This document shows positions 11,629 through 24,292 of a DNA stretch of 64,000 bases, one piece after another. Source of the DNA: Stylophora pistillata (Eukaryota); contig NW_019218004.1 in the NCBI RefSeq assembly GCF_002571385.2, positions 347,241 through 411,240 on the forward strand. The letters are read 5' to 3'. Within the stretch, counting starts at the first letter, position 1. The number at the start of each line of letters is the position of its first letter. Below the pieces are notes generated by a model. That model did not search any database. It saw only the letters and a list, made by a program, of their open reading frames with translations, and was not told the DNA's origin. The position numbers and the translations under genes are program-made.

Positions 11629-12640
11629 ATGTGGTCCACGCAATCAAAAGCTTTGCGAAAATCAATGAATAAGACTCCAACCTTGTGACCTGTATCCAAA
11701 GCTCTCCTCCAGGACTCAGTAGGATGGAGGAGAAGGCTTTCAGTAGAGTACCTTTTGTCTATTAGTTAAGATACCATTAGAAATAATATGATCATCCAAA
11801 GACTTGCATACTACCCTCTCGAGTAGTTTCCCTGGGGCACTAAGCAAAGATATTGGTCGAAAATTGTTAGGGTCCAGTCTATTCCCTTTTTTAAATATAG
11901 GTAGAACTGAAGATACTTTCCACTGTTGGGGGAACTTACAACAGAACTTAATAGAGGAAATGTTGCAATCTGCAACACTCGGTCTGTACTGAACTTTTTG
12001 TGACAGTAGTTTGGACGATATTTTATCCATGTGGAAAACGTAACAGTTACTATGGTTTTCAGATAAGTGTACCTATGAGGACTTTCTAATAGAGAAAATT
12101 TACAAGTTTTTCAAATTTGCTATCAAACCAGTTACGTAAAGACCGGTATGGTAGTAAGCTGCGAATGCAGCTCTTGTACCAACGCGGAGATAAACATGTC
12201 ATCAGTTAAATGTAGCAGTTTGATTTGATATATGAAACGGACTTCGATGATCAGGATGCCCTGGGGGACTTCATGTAATCGCTTGTATTACATCTCATCT
12301 TATCTATCAAGGATTTCAGATATTCCCGGCCCAGAGAATATTTTTGAGGTTATCTTCCCTAACGGAAAAGAACGTCATATCTGAGTCGTGTGATGATCGT
12401 ACAGTGAGTATGCCCTTGACACGACCGGGCCGGCTAGGAAAATGTCGTCGTATCATTTAGATACAATCTTACGCTTTTGCAATCGTAAAGAAATGAAGAA
12501 AAGTGGGAAGTTGCTGGCGCAGAATGTACGCAAATATGAAAGTATTAGTGAAGCCAATTCCCTTTAATAAATGAGTTAATCCTTTAACTCTTATGAGTGA
12601 CCAAGGCAAAATTTCTCCTTGCAATATCAATACAATATCA

Positions 12641-13314
12641 TTGGTTATATCAACTAAGTTGAAATTGTAAATTGGCCACCGTAACGAACAAAAAAGCTGA
12701 CGTTTCGAGCGTTAGCCCTTCGTCAGAGCAAATGGAGGAATTGTGGGTTGTGTGCGGTTTTATATGCAGAAAGCGGAGCAATAGATAACGTTGGCGGAGG
12801 TGCACTTGAAGTGATCGGTGATCTTAATGGATCGCTTGAGTCCCGATATTTTCTGAGCGTTGTGAATGAAGGGAAAAGTTTTGCATCGGGCGCGAGCGCA
12901 TTGAAAAGTGCCGGCTTGATCATTAGTTTGGAATGAACGTCTGACCAAAAAATTGCCTATGTTTTTGTCGCGTTTGAATGAATTAAGTGGAGATTGCGAA
13001 AAGATAGTGCCAGTCTCTGGATCGTTTTGAAGTAATTTGAAGTTTTTAAGAATAATTGATTTAACTGAGTGGTTATGAGGGTGAAACGTGAGAGTGAATG
13101 GAATGCGGTCGGAATTTTCCTTGTGACGTATGTATTGCAGACTGTCGATCAATAAGTTGGACGCGGTGATGACCCGCTTGAACGACAGAAACAGGGTAAC
13201 CGATCACTTCAAGTGCACCTCCGCCAATGTTATCTATTTCATAACTTGCACATATTGCAAAAAGTTATACATCGGCGAAACAGGAAGACGACTAGGTGAC
13301 CGATTCCGAGAACA
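12641..13314. mobile_element. Penelope-like element (Neptune-type) fragments in inverted arrangement: pseudo-LTR, RT C-terminus, start of GIY-YIG
   Basis: Minus ORF ..RIPFTLTFHP..FKRDKNIGNFLVR..CARARCKT..; plus frame TDHFKCTSANVIYFITCTYCKKLYIGETGRRLGDRFRE (GIY-YIG). Hammerhead-bearing terminal repeat at 12641-12780. Confidence 0.9.
12696..12729 (-). ncRNA. Minimal type I hammerhead ribozyme motif (PLE-associated)
   Basis: Minus strand reads GCT-CTGACGA-AGGGC-TAAC-GCTC-GAAA-C-GTC-AGC: CUGANGA and GAAA core, stem II, GUC site. Confidence 0.75.
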
Positions 13315-15171
13315 GAAGAAGTTGACTAATCAGGTGCTAAGGAAAAACAAAGTTTCCAAGCTTGGTCCAGTTATGGATTACAATGATAAGCTACTAACTG
13401 ATGATCTAACAAAAGCAGAACATTTCAATGATTTATTCATCAATGTCACTGAAAGCCTAACAACAAAGTTAAATCCTCTAGACGAGTCAACCCTATCGAC
13501 CTTTGTTACTAGGATTACTCCCACTAAAGATTGCATAGATTTTAATTGGGAGCTAGTCAAGAGTATTACCCAGAAGGCAACAAATCCTAAGAAGGCTATG
13601 GGTCCAGATTTGGTCTCACCTAGGGACCTTTTTTTTTTGTATCGACTGATCTGGTTACCCACAGCTTACTTCCACTTTATAAGAATAGCTTAATCTGTGC
13701 CTCCTTCCCCTGTGATTGGAAACTATCTCGTGTTACTACTGTGTTCAAGAAAGGCAAACCAAGCGATGTGAACAATTACAAACCGATATCTCTGTTCAGC
13801 ATTCCTGGGAAAATTCTCGAGGCTGTGGTGTGCAATTCCATAAATAATCATTTGCAGTCCCACAATTTATTAAGCCGCAACCAGTGGGGCTTCAGAAAAA
13901 ATCGCTCTACTGAGGGCCTCTTGCTTCATATGACAGAAACTTGCAAGTCAGCTCTGGATCAAGATTTGGTAGTGGGTGTACTATTTGTTGACTTTCGCAA
14001 GGCTTTTGACTCAGTTAACTATTCAATCCTGTTGGAGAAACTGAAAGCCACTGGAATATCGGGGTATCTATTTTCTTGGCTTACCAATTATTTGTCTAAC
14101 CGAAATCAGTTTTAATATCTGGTGCACAGCCAACAGACTAAATGCACACGAATCAAAGAATAAAGCAATGATACTATCTAGATCCACCTTTATAGGCCCT
14201 CTGCCAGCTTTAAGATATGGCACCAAGACCATCGAGCTCAAGTCTTCATCTAAGTGTCTTGGCTTAACTATAGACAATAAGTTATCTTGGCAGGATCATA
14301 TTAGGAATGTTCGTATTTTATTTAACAAGAAATTGGCTGTTTTGAAGCGAATCAAATTCCTGCCTCAGTCCATCTTGGAATCTATTTATTTCAATTCAAT
14401 TATTCCTAGTGTTGTATATAATATTGTTGTTTGGGGCTCTGCTTCCCCATCACTTATGGAGGATATTGAACGTATTCTNNNNNNNNNNNNNNNNNNNNNN
14501 NNNNNNNNNNNNNNNNNNNNNNNNNNNNNNNNNNNNNNNNNNNNNNNNNNNNNNNNNNNNNNNNNNNNNNNNNNNNNNNNNNNNNNNNNNNNNNNNNNNN
14601 NNNNNNNNNNNNNNNNNNNNNNNNNNNNNNNNNNNNNNNNNNNNNNNNNNNNNNNNNNNNNNNNNNNNNNNNNNNNNNNNNNNNNNNNNNNNNNNNNNNN
14701 NNNNNNNNNNNNNNNNNNNNNNNNNNNNNNNNNNNNNNNNNNNNNNNNNNNNNNNNNNNNNNNNNNNNNNNNNNNNNNNNNNNNNNNNNNNNNNNNNNNN
14801 NNNNNNNNNNNNNNNNNNNNNNNNNNNNNNNNNNNNNNNNNNNNNNNNNNNNNNNNNNNNNNNNNNNNNNNNNNNNNNNNNNNNNNNNNNNNNNNNNNNN
14901 NNNNNNNNNNNNNNNNNNNNNNNNNNNNNNNNNNNNNNNNNNNNNNNNNNNNNNNNNNNNNNNNNNNNNNNNNNNNNNNNNNNNNNNNNNNNNNNNNNNN
15001 NNNNNNNNNNNNNNNNNNNNNNNNNNNNNNNNNNNNNNNNNNNNNNNNNNNNNNNNNNNNNNNNNNNNNNNNNNNNNNNNNNNNNNNNNNNNNNNNNNNN
15101 NNNNNNNNNNGTATGTATGTATGTATGTATGTATGTATGTATGTATGTATGTATGTATGTATGTATGTATG

Positions 15172-15200
<29 letters not shown>
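13315..15200 (+). mobile_element. CR1/L2-group LINE (5'-truncated, gapped) inserted into the PLE GIY-YIG domain
   Basis: RT motifs FKKG..NYKPISL, QWGFRKNRST and DFRKAFD; (GTAT)n tail at 15111-15200. AACA lies at both junctions (13311-13314, 15201-15204), and the host frame rejoins as RFRE|HLRDV. Confidence 0.9.
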
Positions 15201-15202
<2 letters not shown>

Positions 15203-15420
15203 CACCTTCGCGACGTGGAAAGGAATGACAAGGACGCATCTAAACCAGTCGCTAGACACTTTAATTTACCTAATCATTCTAAACAACATGTGGCAATCTG
15301 CGGTCTTTCCTTACATTTAGGCAACACGGAAAGTCGCAAAACTCTTGAAAAAAATTTAATCTTTCAAATCGCACAGGTATCAACGAACGCTTTTCATTCC
15401 ACTAATTTATTCGTGTTTTC
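15201..15420 (+). mobile_element. Remainder of Penelope-like GIY-YIG endonuclease
   Basis: HLRDVERNDKDASKPVARHFNLPNHS..RKTLEKNLIFQI continues the domain interrupted at 13314. Confidence 0.85.
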
Positions 15421-15580
15421 ATCCTTTCACTTCCACGGACGGTCTCATTAGATTCTTCTTACTGTCTGCCGTACAATTCTTATGAACTTATTGTAGAGAA
15501 TTTTGTGATGGATCAACTAAAAAATTCCCTCATCGATATTTTTCTTTATCCTCATCTCTTGTCAGCTTGATATTGTATTG

Positions 15581-15699
15581 GCTGAAAGTTTCTAAAGAAA
15601 CTGTGGTGCTGCCTCGGTGGGGGGTAACAAGATAATTGGTTATATCAACTAAGTTGAAATTACAAATTGGCCACCGTAACGAATAAAAAAGCTGACGTT

Positions 15700-15731
<32 letters not shown>

Positions 15732-15812
15732 GGAATTGTGGGTTGTATGTGGTTTTATATGCAGAAAGCGGAGCTACGCCATTAGTGGGAACATGGCAAC
15801 GAGAAGATTGAA
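15581..15812 (-). mobile_element. Penelope-like pseudo-LTR with hammerhead motif (15691-15724)
   Basis: Near-identical to 12641-12780 and to the 32.6-kb and 61.4-kb copies; intact CTGACGA...GAAACGTC core on the minus strand. Confidence 0.85.
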
Positions 15813-15979
15813 AATTAAGCAAACCATGGAGCGCGTGAGCTGCTATGGATAACTATATTGGTCTTATTAGGCCTCAGGAATATAGAATATCTAAGAAGAT
15901 GGCTTCGGGCTCTCTCGTAGATATAGTAGGATGTCAGAAAGATACTAGCGCATGTATGATCATGATACTCGTAGTGAGG

Positions 15980-16059
15980 TCGACTTCGTTCCCAGGGCCT
16001 TTTCCCTTATTGGGGGTGGCCCACCCCCAACTAACAGAAAAGGTCCTGGGAACGAGGTT
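15980..16059. mobile_element. Tiny MITE (CAACCTCGTTCCCAG-type termini)
   Basis: CTTCGTTCCCAGGGCCTTTT ... AAAAGGTCCTGGGAACGAGGTTG inverted termini; same family as 61086-61137. Confidence 0.65.
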
Positions 16060-17463
16060 GCTTGTGAAGTGTGGCTGGTGTAAAAGAAAGAAAGATTCGA
16101 ACCGGTTGCCGGCCTTTTTGAACACAATCACTTAGTGAGTCTTACGTAAAGAAAGACTGACTTCCAATAGATTTCTGTTGACGGTCAAATTGATAGAATT
16201 CAAGTAAACCCTTTTAGTAAAACCGATCAGTCATAAGAGTAAAGTATTGTCGCGCTTGTTAGCTCCCTACCGACGAGGTAAATTTATATCGAAAGGGTTA
16301 GGATAACAGGATAGCAAAATGGTGAGAAAAGCGAAGTTTTAAATTACGGAAGTGACCTGGCGTGCATTTGCGATCTGAAAAGTTGCATGGTATAAACGAT
16401 AAATTCGTTTTCACTAATGGTTATTCTCATGCAAATCAACTGAATCTTTCTATTTTTTTTATTGGTAAGCTTTAATTATCCATCACGAAATCGAGTGAAG
16501 GACCTTAAAATGAACCATTGCGCAATGGTCTAGCTTGTTAGTGTCAGCATTTTTACACCGGTCGGCACGGAAATCTTTTTAACCTTTTCATCTAGTTTGT
16601 TAGTCGTTGACACTAAGTTGTTCAAGTGGGAAATATATCATAATATCTTTTTTTTCACATCGAGAAGTTGTTTAATTCTAAACTTAATTTCCTGTCAAGC
16701 TCGCCAAAATAAAATATATCTTGGACTTCTATTCACAAAGCTAACAATGAATGGCTGGCACGCTGCGCTTCAAGCTGTAATAATTCTTCTTGAACCAATC
16801 GATTTTCGGACACCTTAATGGAAACTAATATTAACAAAGACCTCAGGATTATCCTGGAATACCAGTCATTAAGTCTCTTTGTTACTCAAATGTAAATAGA
16901 TCTTTTGTAAAGGGAAGCTTTGTTTCAGAAGTCGAGAGTCCCCCACGAAAATTGTTGTTAAGTTCCTGTGAGGAGAGAATTTTGGTGGTAAGTTCATCTG
17001 TGCAAAAAAAAGTAAACTACCCAAAAATGTAATAGTGTTAATCGTTAATCTCGGTGATACTAATAGCGATAAGGTAAATTTATCTGGTTTATCTTGCCTA
17101 ACCGGCGAATGGAGAAAATAGCTACATGGGTCGTTTATTTACTCAAGGTCTAACCTAAACCACGGTTTTACGCAATCATTGGGTCTTAGGCTTCCTCTTT
17201 AAAAAGGTTGAATCAATTATAAAAATGTCCTTCCACTTTCGGCCTTCTTGACACTGTTCACAAAAATAAATGCTCGGATGAAAAGTTCAGCTTAAGTGAG
17301 GAATATTTAGTACGCAGTTTTGCTCAACAAGGGCTAAACTTTGTTTTAATAATCAGACTATATGAATCTACTGATGTATTGCAGAGATCCCAAAATTAAG
17401 CACCGTAAGGTTCAACAAATAATTTTCTAGGAACATTGCAAGGTAAACTGTAATTAATTCTGA

Positions 17464-17801
17464 CAGCTTTTAATATAGGTGCTACGCCGAATATGAAAGA
17501 TACAAAAAATAATTGCGTTGTGGACTTATTACGGTTATGTAAGCAGGTGTTGTAAATTTGTCAGGTGCAAGTTTTTAGCAGCTTTAATATAGGTGCTACT
17601 CCTAATATAGAAGATACAAACAAGAAAATTGCGTTGTGGAATTATTAAGCAAGAGTTGTGAATTTGTCCGTTGCAAGTTTTTAGCGGTTTCAATATAAGT
17701 ACTGCACCTCAGTGATATAAAAGATACAAAGAAGAAAATTGCACTGTGGACTTATCACAGTTATGTAAAAAAGTGTTGTGAATTTGTCAGGTGCAAGTTT
17801 C
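17464..17801. repeat. Degenerate tandem repeat, 3 copies of ~110-120 bp
   Basis: The unit TTTAATATAGGTGCTAC...AAGATACAAA...AATTGCGTTGTGGA...AATTTGTCAGGTGCAAGTTTT recurs three times. Confidence 0.8.
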
Positions 17802-20800
17802 ATCTCCCCTGTGGCATTCCGTGAAGTTAGCCGAAGGATGAACTTATCATGCTTTCTTTTGATAAACATTTATCCTTGTTCTCGTAATCACTGTCGGTGG
17901 TCGATGAATTCAGGCATCGAATCATTTTAGATCGGTTTTTCGGTTATTGTGCCAAAAAACTTCGTTTTTTCGGTTTTGGTGTCAATTACGATTTGCGGAT
18001 TTTCCGTTTTATAAGCATTCGGTTTTCGGTTTTCGTCAAAAACGCTAACGGTTTTCGGATTTGGTATCCCATGCGGTCACTGGTTTTTCCTATTTGGTTT
18101 CGGTTCCTCTTCGTTCTGAGTCGGTGGCAATTATACACATTCCCTGGATTCCAGCCTCATCTGAATTATAACCAATGAGACATGGAAAAGGTGCTGACGA
18201 GACTTGAATACTTGAAAGCTTTTTTCAGTAATAAAGGCTCAATAGAGGTGACGTATGATTGATTTGTCTTCACGTTCAAAAACTCGATCGGCTTTGAAAA
18301 TTACAGAAATTTAAAGCTAGGGAAAAACTTTTCGGGACTTTGACAACCGATCGCTTAATACGGTTCCGCTCAAAACGTGTTCGATTTTAGATCCATTTTT
18401 AAGAGGGAAAAAAATGCGGGTGTAAAATAACCCTCTGTCTTTTCACTGTCCGCTCGACGATCAGTGAATATCAATTCAAATCCTTTTCCTGACTCTCCGC
18501 CCTTTATTTTCCTAATGTAGTCTGCAAATTAATGGTCAGTCGTTACAATTTAACAACCCTTCAATAAATTTTCTTTTAAAAGTAGAGAAGTTATTAAATG
18601 GCGAACAATTTGCATTTGGACGTGTATTTTCAGTTATGTTTTAACTAATTATTAATAATAATAAGTTTATTGACAGAAATTTTTTGACATCAATTTCTTC
18701 AATTGGAAACACGACTGCAGAAATTAAAAGATATGCAAATTAAAACTAATAAATGTACGTTATTTGCTGTCACGTCTCAACCAAGTTTATCGACAGCCAT
18801 ACGGTGATGATATTAAGCTGCCATAGATTGCTTCTCTCTCATTTGTAGCCGTTAAAAAGTCGTTTCTATATCTTAATTGTAGTGTTAAGCTTCTCTAAAA
18901 GCTTCGTGTCAGTCATTTCCTGGCAACGTTATTCTTACCATTTAATATCTTAAAGTCTCTGTAATTTCAACGACAGGCCATTTTATATTAATCAGAAAGC
19001 CTTCTGTTTTGACATTTTCCTCCTAATGGTGTCATTAGTTTCCTTTGTGCAGTCTTTCAAATCCTTTTTCAAACTTGCGTGGCGTCTATGTTTTTTCACC
19101 CCGCTTGGCAAAAGAACACACCAAAGTGAACCTTCGACTAGGATAAATCCATCGTTTCGAGTGTTATCCAACGGGATCGCTTTAACCCTGACGCACTGAA
19201 TTGACCTTGCAAGAAAAATTTTCAATTGCACGCGTCCCAACAATCTTGAGATTGTCAGATAATAAATAATACAATAGTTATCCTTATGACTATTTATCTT
19301 TCCCCGCAACCAGCGGGATGGATCAGTAATATAAGTTATCACACAGTGTCCATTCAGAAACGCGGTTTTCAAGAAAGAGTTGGTTTCACTGGTAAGTAAC
19401 GCCGCACTTTGAAATGGCTCGCCTAATTGAAATATTTAATGCAAAAAAAAAACAACAACACAATTTCAATTTATAAGTCGAAATGAAATATCATTTGCAA
19501 ATTCATGGAAGCATGTAGTTGCTGCCTTCGTCGAGAGTAAATAGTTACATTGGAATACGATATTATCCGTTCGCTTTATCACTATTTGGGTTGGCGTGGC
19601 GCGAAATATTTCATTAAATGTCTCGCGCCATTGTTTTTTTGTTTTGTTTTGAAAAATTGGATCACCAATGGGATAGAGGTCTTTAGAGAGGACATTTGAG
19701 TAAAACCGAGTAATTACACCCGTTTTTAGTTTTCATCGTCGAGCAGCTGAGCCATAAAAGAATCTAAAAACATTCATCCAAACTCTCTTCTCTACTTCGT
19801 TTCGATAATTCATCTCCTGATATATCAGAAAGTTGACGGACATGTTCTAATCAAGTGATGCTCACGACCACGCCGCTCAAAGAACAAGCTTCTGCCGGAA
19901 GAAACAGATTGATTGCATGATAGGTATCATATACCAAGTTCAGAGGAAATCAGATATTGGAGCTCTCTTGGTCTTTTCTATAAGTTGATTCTTTTCTTTT
20001 TGAATAAGAAAAGGTTCTCTTTTCGCACCGAATTTGGTTCCTTGAATCAACGATCTCTTCCTAAGGAAACCAACTTGAATACTGTGATAAGTTTTATCAA
20101 TCAATATGATCAGTATAACCTAACATGATTTCTTTAAGTTACATTGGGAAGATTTTATAAGTTAAAACGTACATCGTGTTTAGTGCTCTGTATCAAAAAT
20201 AGGCCAAATGTTATTAAGTGCGGGAAAAAATGAAAGAAGCAATTTTGCTATGACCGATTCTGATCTACTCAGTGAGAGCAAAAGCGCAAAGAAGTTTACG
20301 ATGCAGAATTAGATCACATCAGCTTTGAAACGCAATTTAGACTAGGCGAGAAGCCTAGGATGAACTCATTTAAGAAGCTAGCATCTTATAGTGAAATTGA
20401 AAGATTAACGTTGGATATCTTCCATTTGGATGATCTTTAAGCCAAGAGGCATGTGTTGAAATGGGCAGAGCCTGAAAGTTTGGCTTTGCTTTGCGTGTTA
20501 AATCCCAGTTCAGATTTAGATCAGTATCTCCGAAAAAAGTATGCTAAGTGTATAAGCCTTTTTTGACAAGTTTGCAGCGATAAGCCAAGTTTATATAAGT
20601 ATGATTTATCAGATATCATTGTGACGAAGACAAGTTTACATTTGTACGCGTGGGTTTTGACGACACGTTGGCATTTTCTTGTCATATAATGAATTGATTA
20701 TCTTTGGCCACTTTTCTTATCATGTTATTCAAGTTAATTTGAACAGCGATTTTGCTTGAAATAAATTCTGGATATTTAAGGAAGGTTGCTCACTCATCAC

Positions 20801-23800
20801 AATCGTGGGTCCATAAATGTGTCACTATACTCCGGCCGCGCCGATCTGATTAACACGAATGATTGCTTCATCTCACCAAAAATAGTCGTCATATAGTAGC
20901 AGCAGCTGTAATTGATCAATAAAACTGTTTAAAGCGTTTCAAAATTGACCAAATTTATACAACGAAACAGTCGGATATTCAGTAAAGATTTCAGCAACTG
21001 TCGTATCGGCAGCAGTTGAGCAGAGGAGTCTCAAGAAGACGATTTTGTATGCCGTGTTGGTGAGTACAAATTCCAAAATCTCACTCACACAAAACTCAAC
21101 GAAATTACAACTTCAGCAGTCTTATTGATCTACCAATTTAAAGTCTTCAAAGAGGACTTATTTAAATTATGATCTATTCTTTTTTTGCGGCGTGAAATCC
21201 TCAGGGTTTTAGAGCCCTCTTTAGTGTGCTTAGTAGTGCACATTCCAAACTTAGATTAACAATAAGGAAATATTCTATCGCACGAAAACCTGTGTGTGTA
21301 TCGGTCATATCTTTTTATAGCTTGTTCTAACCTAAATCCATCTGTTTATTTCTCGCTCTATTACGCCGTGATACCCAAAAACCGAACTGAAATGAATTTG
21401 GTCCTGACTTCAGCAGGGCAGTGACTACAAACCTCGATAATCTAGTTGCAATCAAATTTTCCTCTCATTTCTTACTTAGTAAAGGATATGATAATCATGC
21501 TCTCCGTTCGGCTCGCAACGCCGATTGAAACCAATCGTACCACCTCAATACTAAGGAGCCCAGCCGAACTTCGTTCAACCTACTGAACTGAATAATTTCA
21601 AACTTTTTTTTTAACGCCTTATCTAGGCCAAACACATTCTGAAAGGTAAGGCACGCCAGTAGCGCATCGTCGGGAGCAGGTCTTTGAACAGAACAGACTG
21701 CTTGGTGACAAAGTCTGTACGGGTGAAACTCGCGGAACATCGTCCTGCATAGAAAAGCAACCAGACCATTGTAAACATGTTTGATCAAAAAACGAGTGCG
21801 AGAGGTCTCACTTAATCTCAGCAGCAGTATTTTTCGCATTTTTTTCGTTTTCCTCTCTGACGACAGCCTGCATGCAATATGCAATATTACGGGTGGCAGC
21901 TAATTATATACATGGGTGGCAGCTAATTCTAATCGTCTGAAAACAAAATAATTTGTCGGTTACTATATTTAATGCTTTTTTAGTATCTCTATATTGGTTA
22001 GTTAATCTAAAGGTTGTTTTGCGGAATACTAGGTCATAAGAAAAATCTGTAAAAATTAGAAATATTTTTTTCACAAACGGTTTTGTTCTAAATCATTATG
22101 GATCTGAATCTGAAAACGATTCCTGGTTTTCACTGGTACTAGTCGAAGAATGAAGCATACTTCATGAGAATTATCAGAAAAAGGATTTAACAGATCGATA
22201 TCTGATAAAAATTTTAATAGTTTATTCGTCTTAATTCATTATCTAATGCGGTGCACCTTAATCTCATCAAGACACTTTCCTTCGACTGATGGACAGCCCA
22301 TACTCATTCAATTCTTAATCGATTTAATTTTTAATTCTCAAACTCTGCTGAACAGTGTCCTGGGGTCTTTGCAAGTGGTTGTTTAACTAATTTCAAAGTT
22401 TTTTATGAGCCCTGCTTCGTTTCCACGCAGTTTTTTCAGGATAGCTATCACGGGACTTTCCCCGTTTTAGATGTCATATTTCTCCGTTCAAAAATGTTTT
22501 CCCTAAGGATAAAAATAACAGATGAGTTTACTTACTAGATTTATATCTCTTTTTAATTAGTAATACACCAACCTGTTCTCAGTTTTCAAACATCAATTAT
22601 TCAAAGGTTTTCATAAAGTGCAGCTCACGTACAAGTGCAGCCAAAGAATAGAGCAAAATGAAAGTGTATCACATTTGAATTTTTTTTTTCGAATTTAAAT
22701 CACACCCTTTATTTAAATTTTGTTGTGAATAAAACTTGTGCTTGAGGTATAAGAGTGAACTTGGGATTTGTTGTTCAGAGCTTTTGGTACATTTTATTGA
22801 CAGCCTAAGCGTAGGTTGATTTATTTTATGAAGTAATAAGGTGTTTAAGATGGTTGAAACTCATACGGTGTTCGGTTGACATTGTTGACAGCCACCCTTA
22901 AGGACAGAACGACTAAAAAATGACTCCGAAAATTGCAGTACAACTTTAGAAATCTACGTAAGGTTCGTTAATGTCCCGTTAAGTAATCATTTCCAGAGTA
23001 AGATCTGAACATAAAGAAGATAATCTCAAATGCAGAAATTTGCCGCGAGAGTCTTCTTGCGGAACTAGAGCTGTAGTATTGAATTGAAAATGGGTCATAT
23101 TATTCTTGCAACTAGAAAAAAGGTTATCGTTTAAGAAGTTAAAATTATGTTGCTGATGTTCACGGGTGAGTGCGTATTAGTTCAAACTTTTGTGAGGATA
23201 ATATATATTTACTGAGTCGTTAGTTTAAAATTATATGCAGGCGCTCTTTTTATTTTCATATATTTTTTAAGAGTTTGAAGCTGAGAGCGACAATTAAAAA
23301 CATGACGACATAAGTAATAGGTCAGGTGCGTGTGATGTATAAGCTTATCTCAGTTCTATGCAAACAAAGTGAACAAGTGGGAAAGAGAAAGTATCAGTGC
23401 TGCTCATCTCGGTACAAGTTTCTTAACTTTTAGGAACATGAATTTGAAAGGCATTGATATCTCTCGGGCTGCATTCTACAAAGTAATTTTAAATTTGTTT
23501 TCAAAATGCAAACCCACACGCTAAATTTAGTTTTGGCGAAGGGCATGAAACGTCAATCATATAAGACGCCTGTTGTGTTATAATTAAGTTTCCATCATCA
23601 GTGATTTCCGTTACGCGACGGTCATTTTTCTCGTGTGCACCAATGAAAATGTCCATCCAAGCTCTAAATTACAGTGAGCGTATTCCCCCGCGACGTCATC
23701 CTTTTTGGCAAATAAATATTGCCCTTAGACACTGTTTTAATCAGTTGTTGATGAGGAGGACCTTTCGAAAGCGTTCAAGTCGAACAAAAAACAGTATTGA

Positions 23801-24292
23801 ACAAGGAGGTGAGAAAGATAAGGTTTTGGGCGGTTTCTTAAGTTAGCAATTATCATTTTATCGTTACGTCCCATTTAGTGTAACTTTTTCTTTATCCAAA
23901 TAATACAGGCCAGCATTTGAAAATTTATTTACATTCGTCCATTTTCCATGAGAGTCGCTTTTAGTTTATATTAAACTCGTTTCTCGTTCTTCTTTATGTG
24001 TTTTGGTTTTGTTTACGAATAATTTGAAAACTCATAGCAACATTGTCTTTCTAACTGATAAATTTTAACTACGGTTAAATAAGAAGTTATAGTGTGGTTG
24101 ATAATAGCGGATAATTAGATCAAGTTTTATCGGTCATCTCATGACGTAAATTAACATGATGAAAATACCATCGAAGGTAAATTCATCCACAGGAAAAAAA
24201 AACAATTTAGAAACGTGCTTCACACGCGGCGATAGAAATAGACATCGAAGAAATAAGCATCCTTATGTTTGATTTGCAGAGCTTCATCCCCA

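Larger units (their letters stand above)
9896..12030 (-). mobile_element. Degenerate 5'-truncated CR1/L2-group LINE with (GTAT)n tail
   Basis: Minus-strand RT motifs PIFKKG..NFRPISLL, DFRKAFD, GVPQGSLLGP and HADDT, with frameshifts. (ATAC)n at 9896-9925 is the 3' tail. Contains two nested insertions. Confidence 0.9.

Noticed and set aside
14168-15320. Long ORFs containing X runs and YIHT/MYVC repeats
   Set aside because: Artefacts of the N gap and the (GTAT)n LINE tail.
17464-17801. Spaced repeats as a possible CRISPR array
   Set aside because: Whole ~115-bp units repeat without unique spacers; eukaryotic context; no cas genes.
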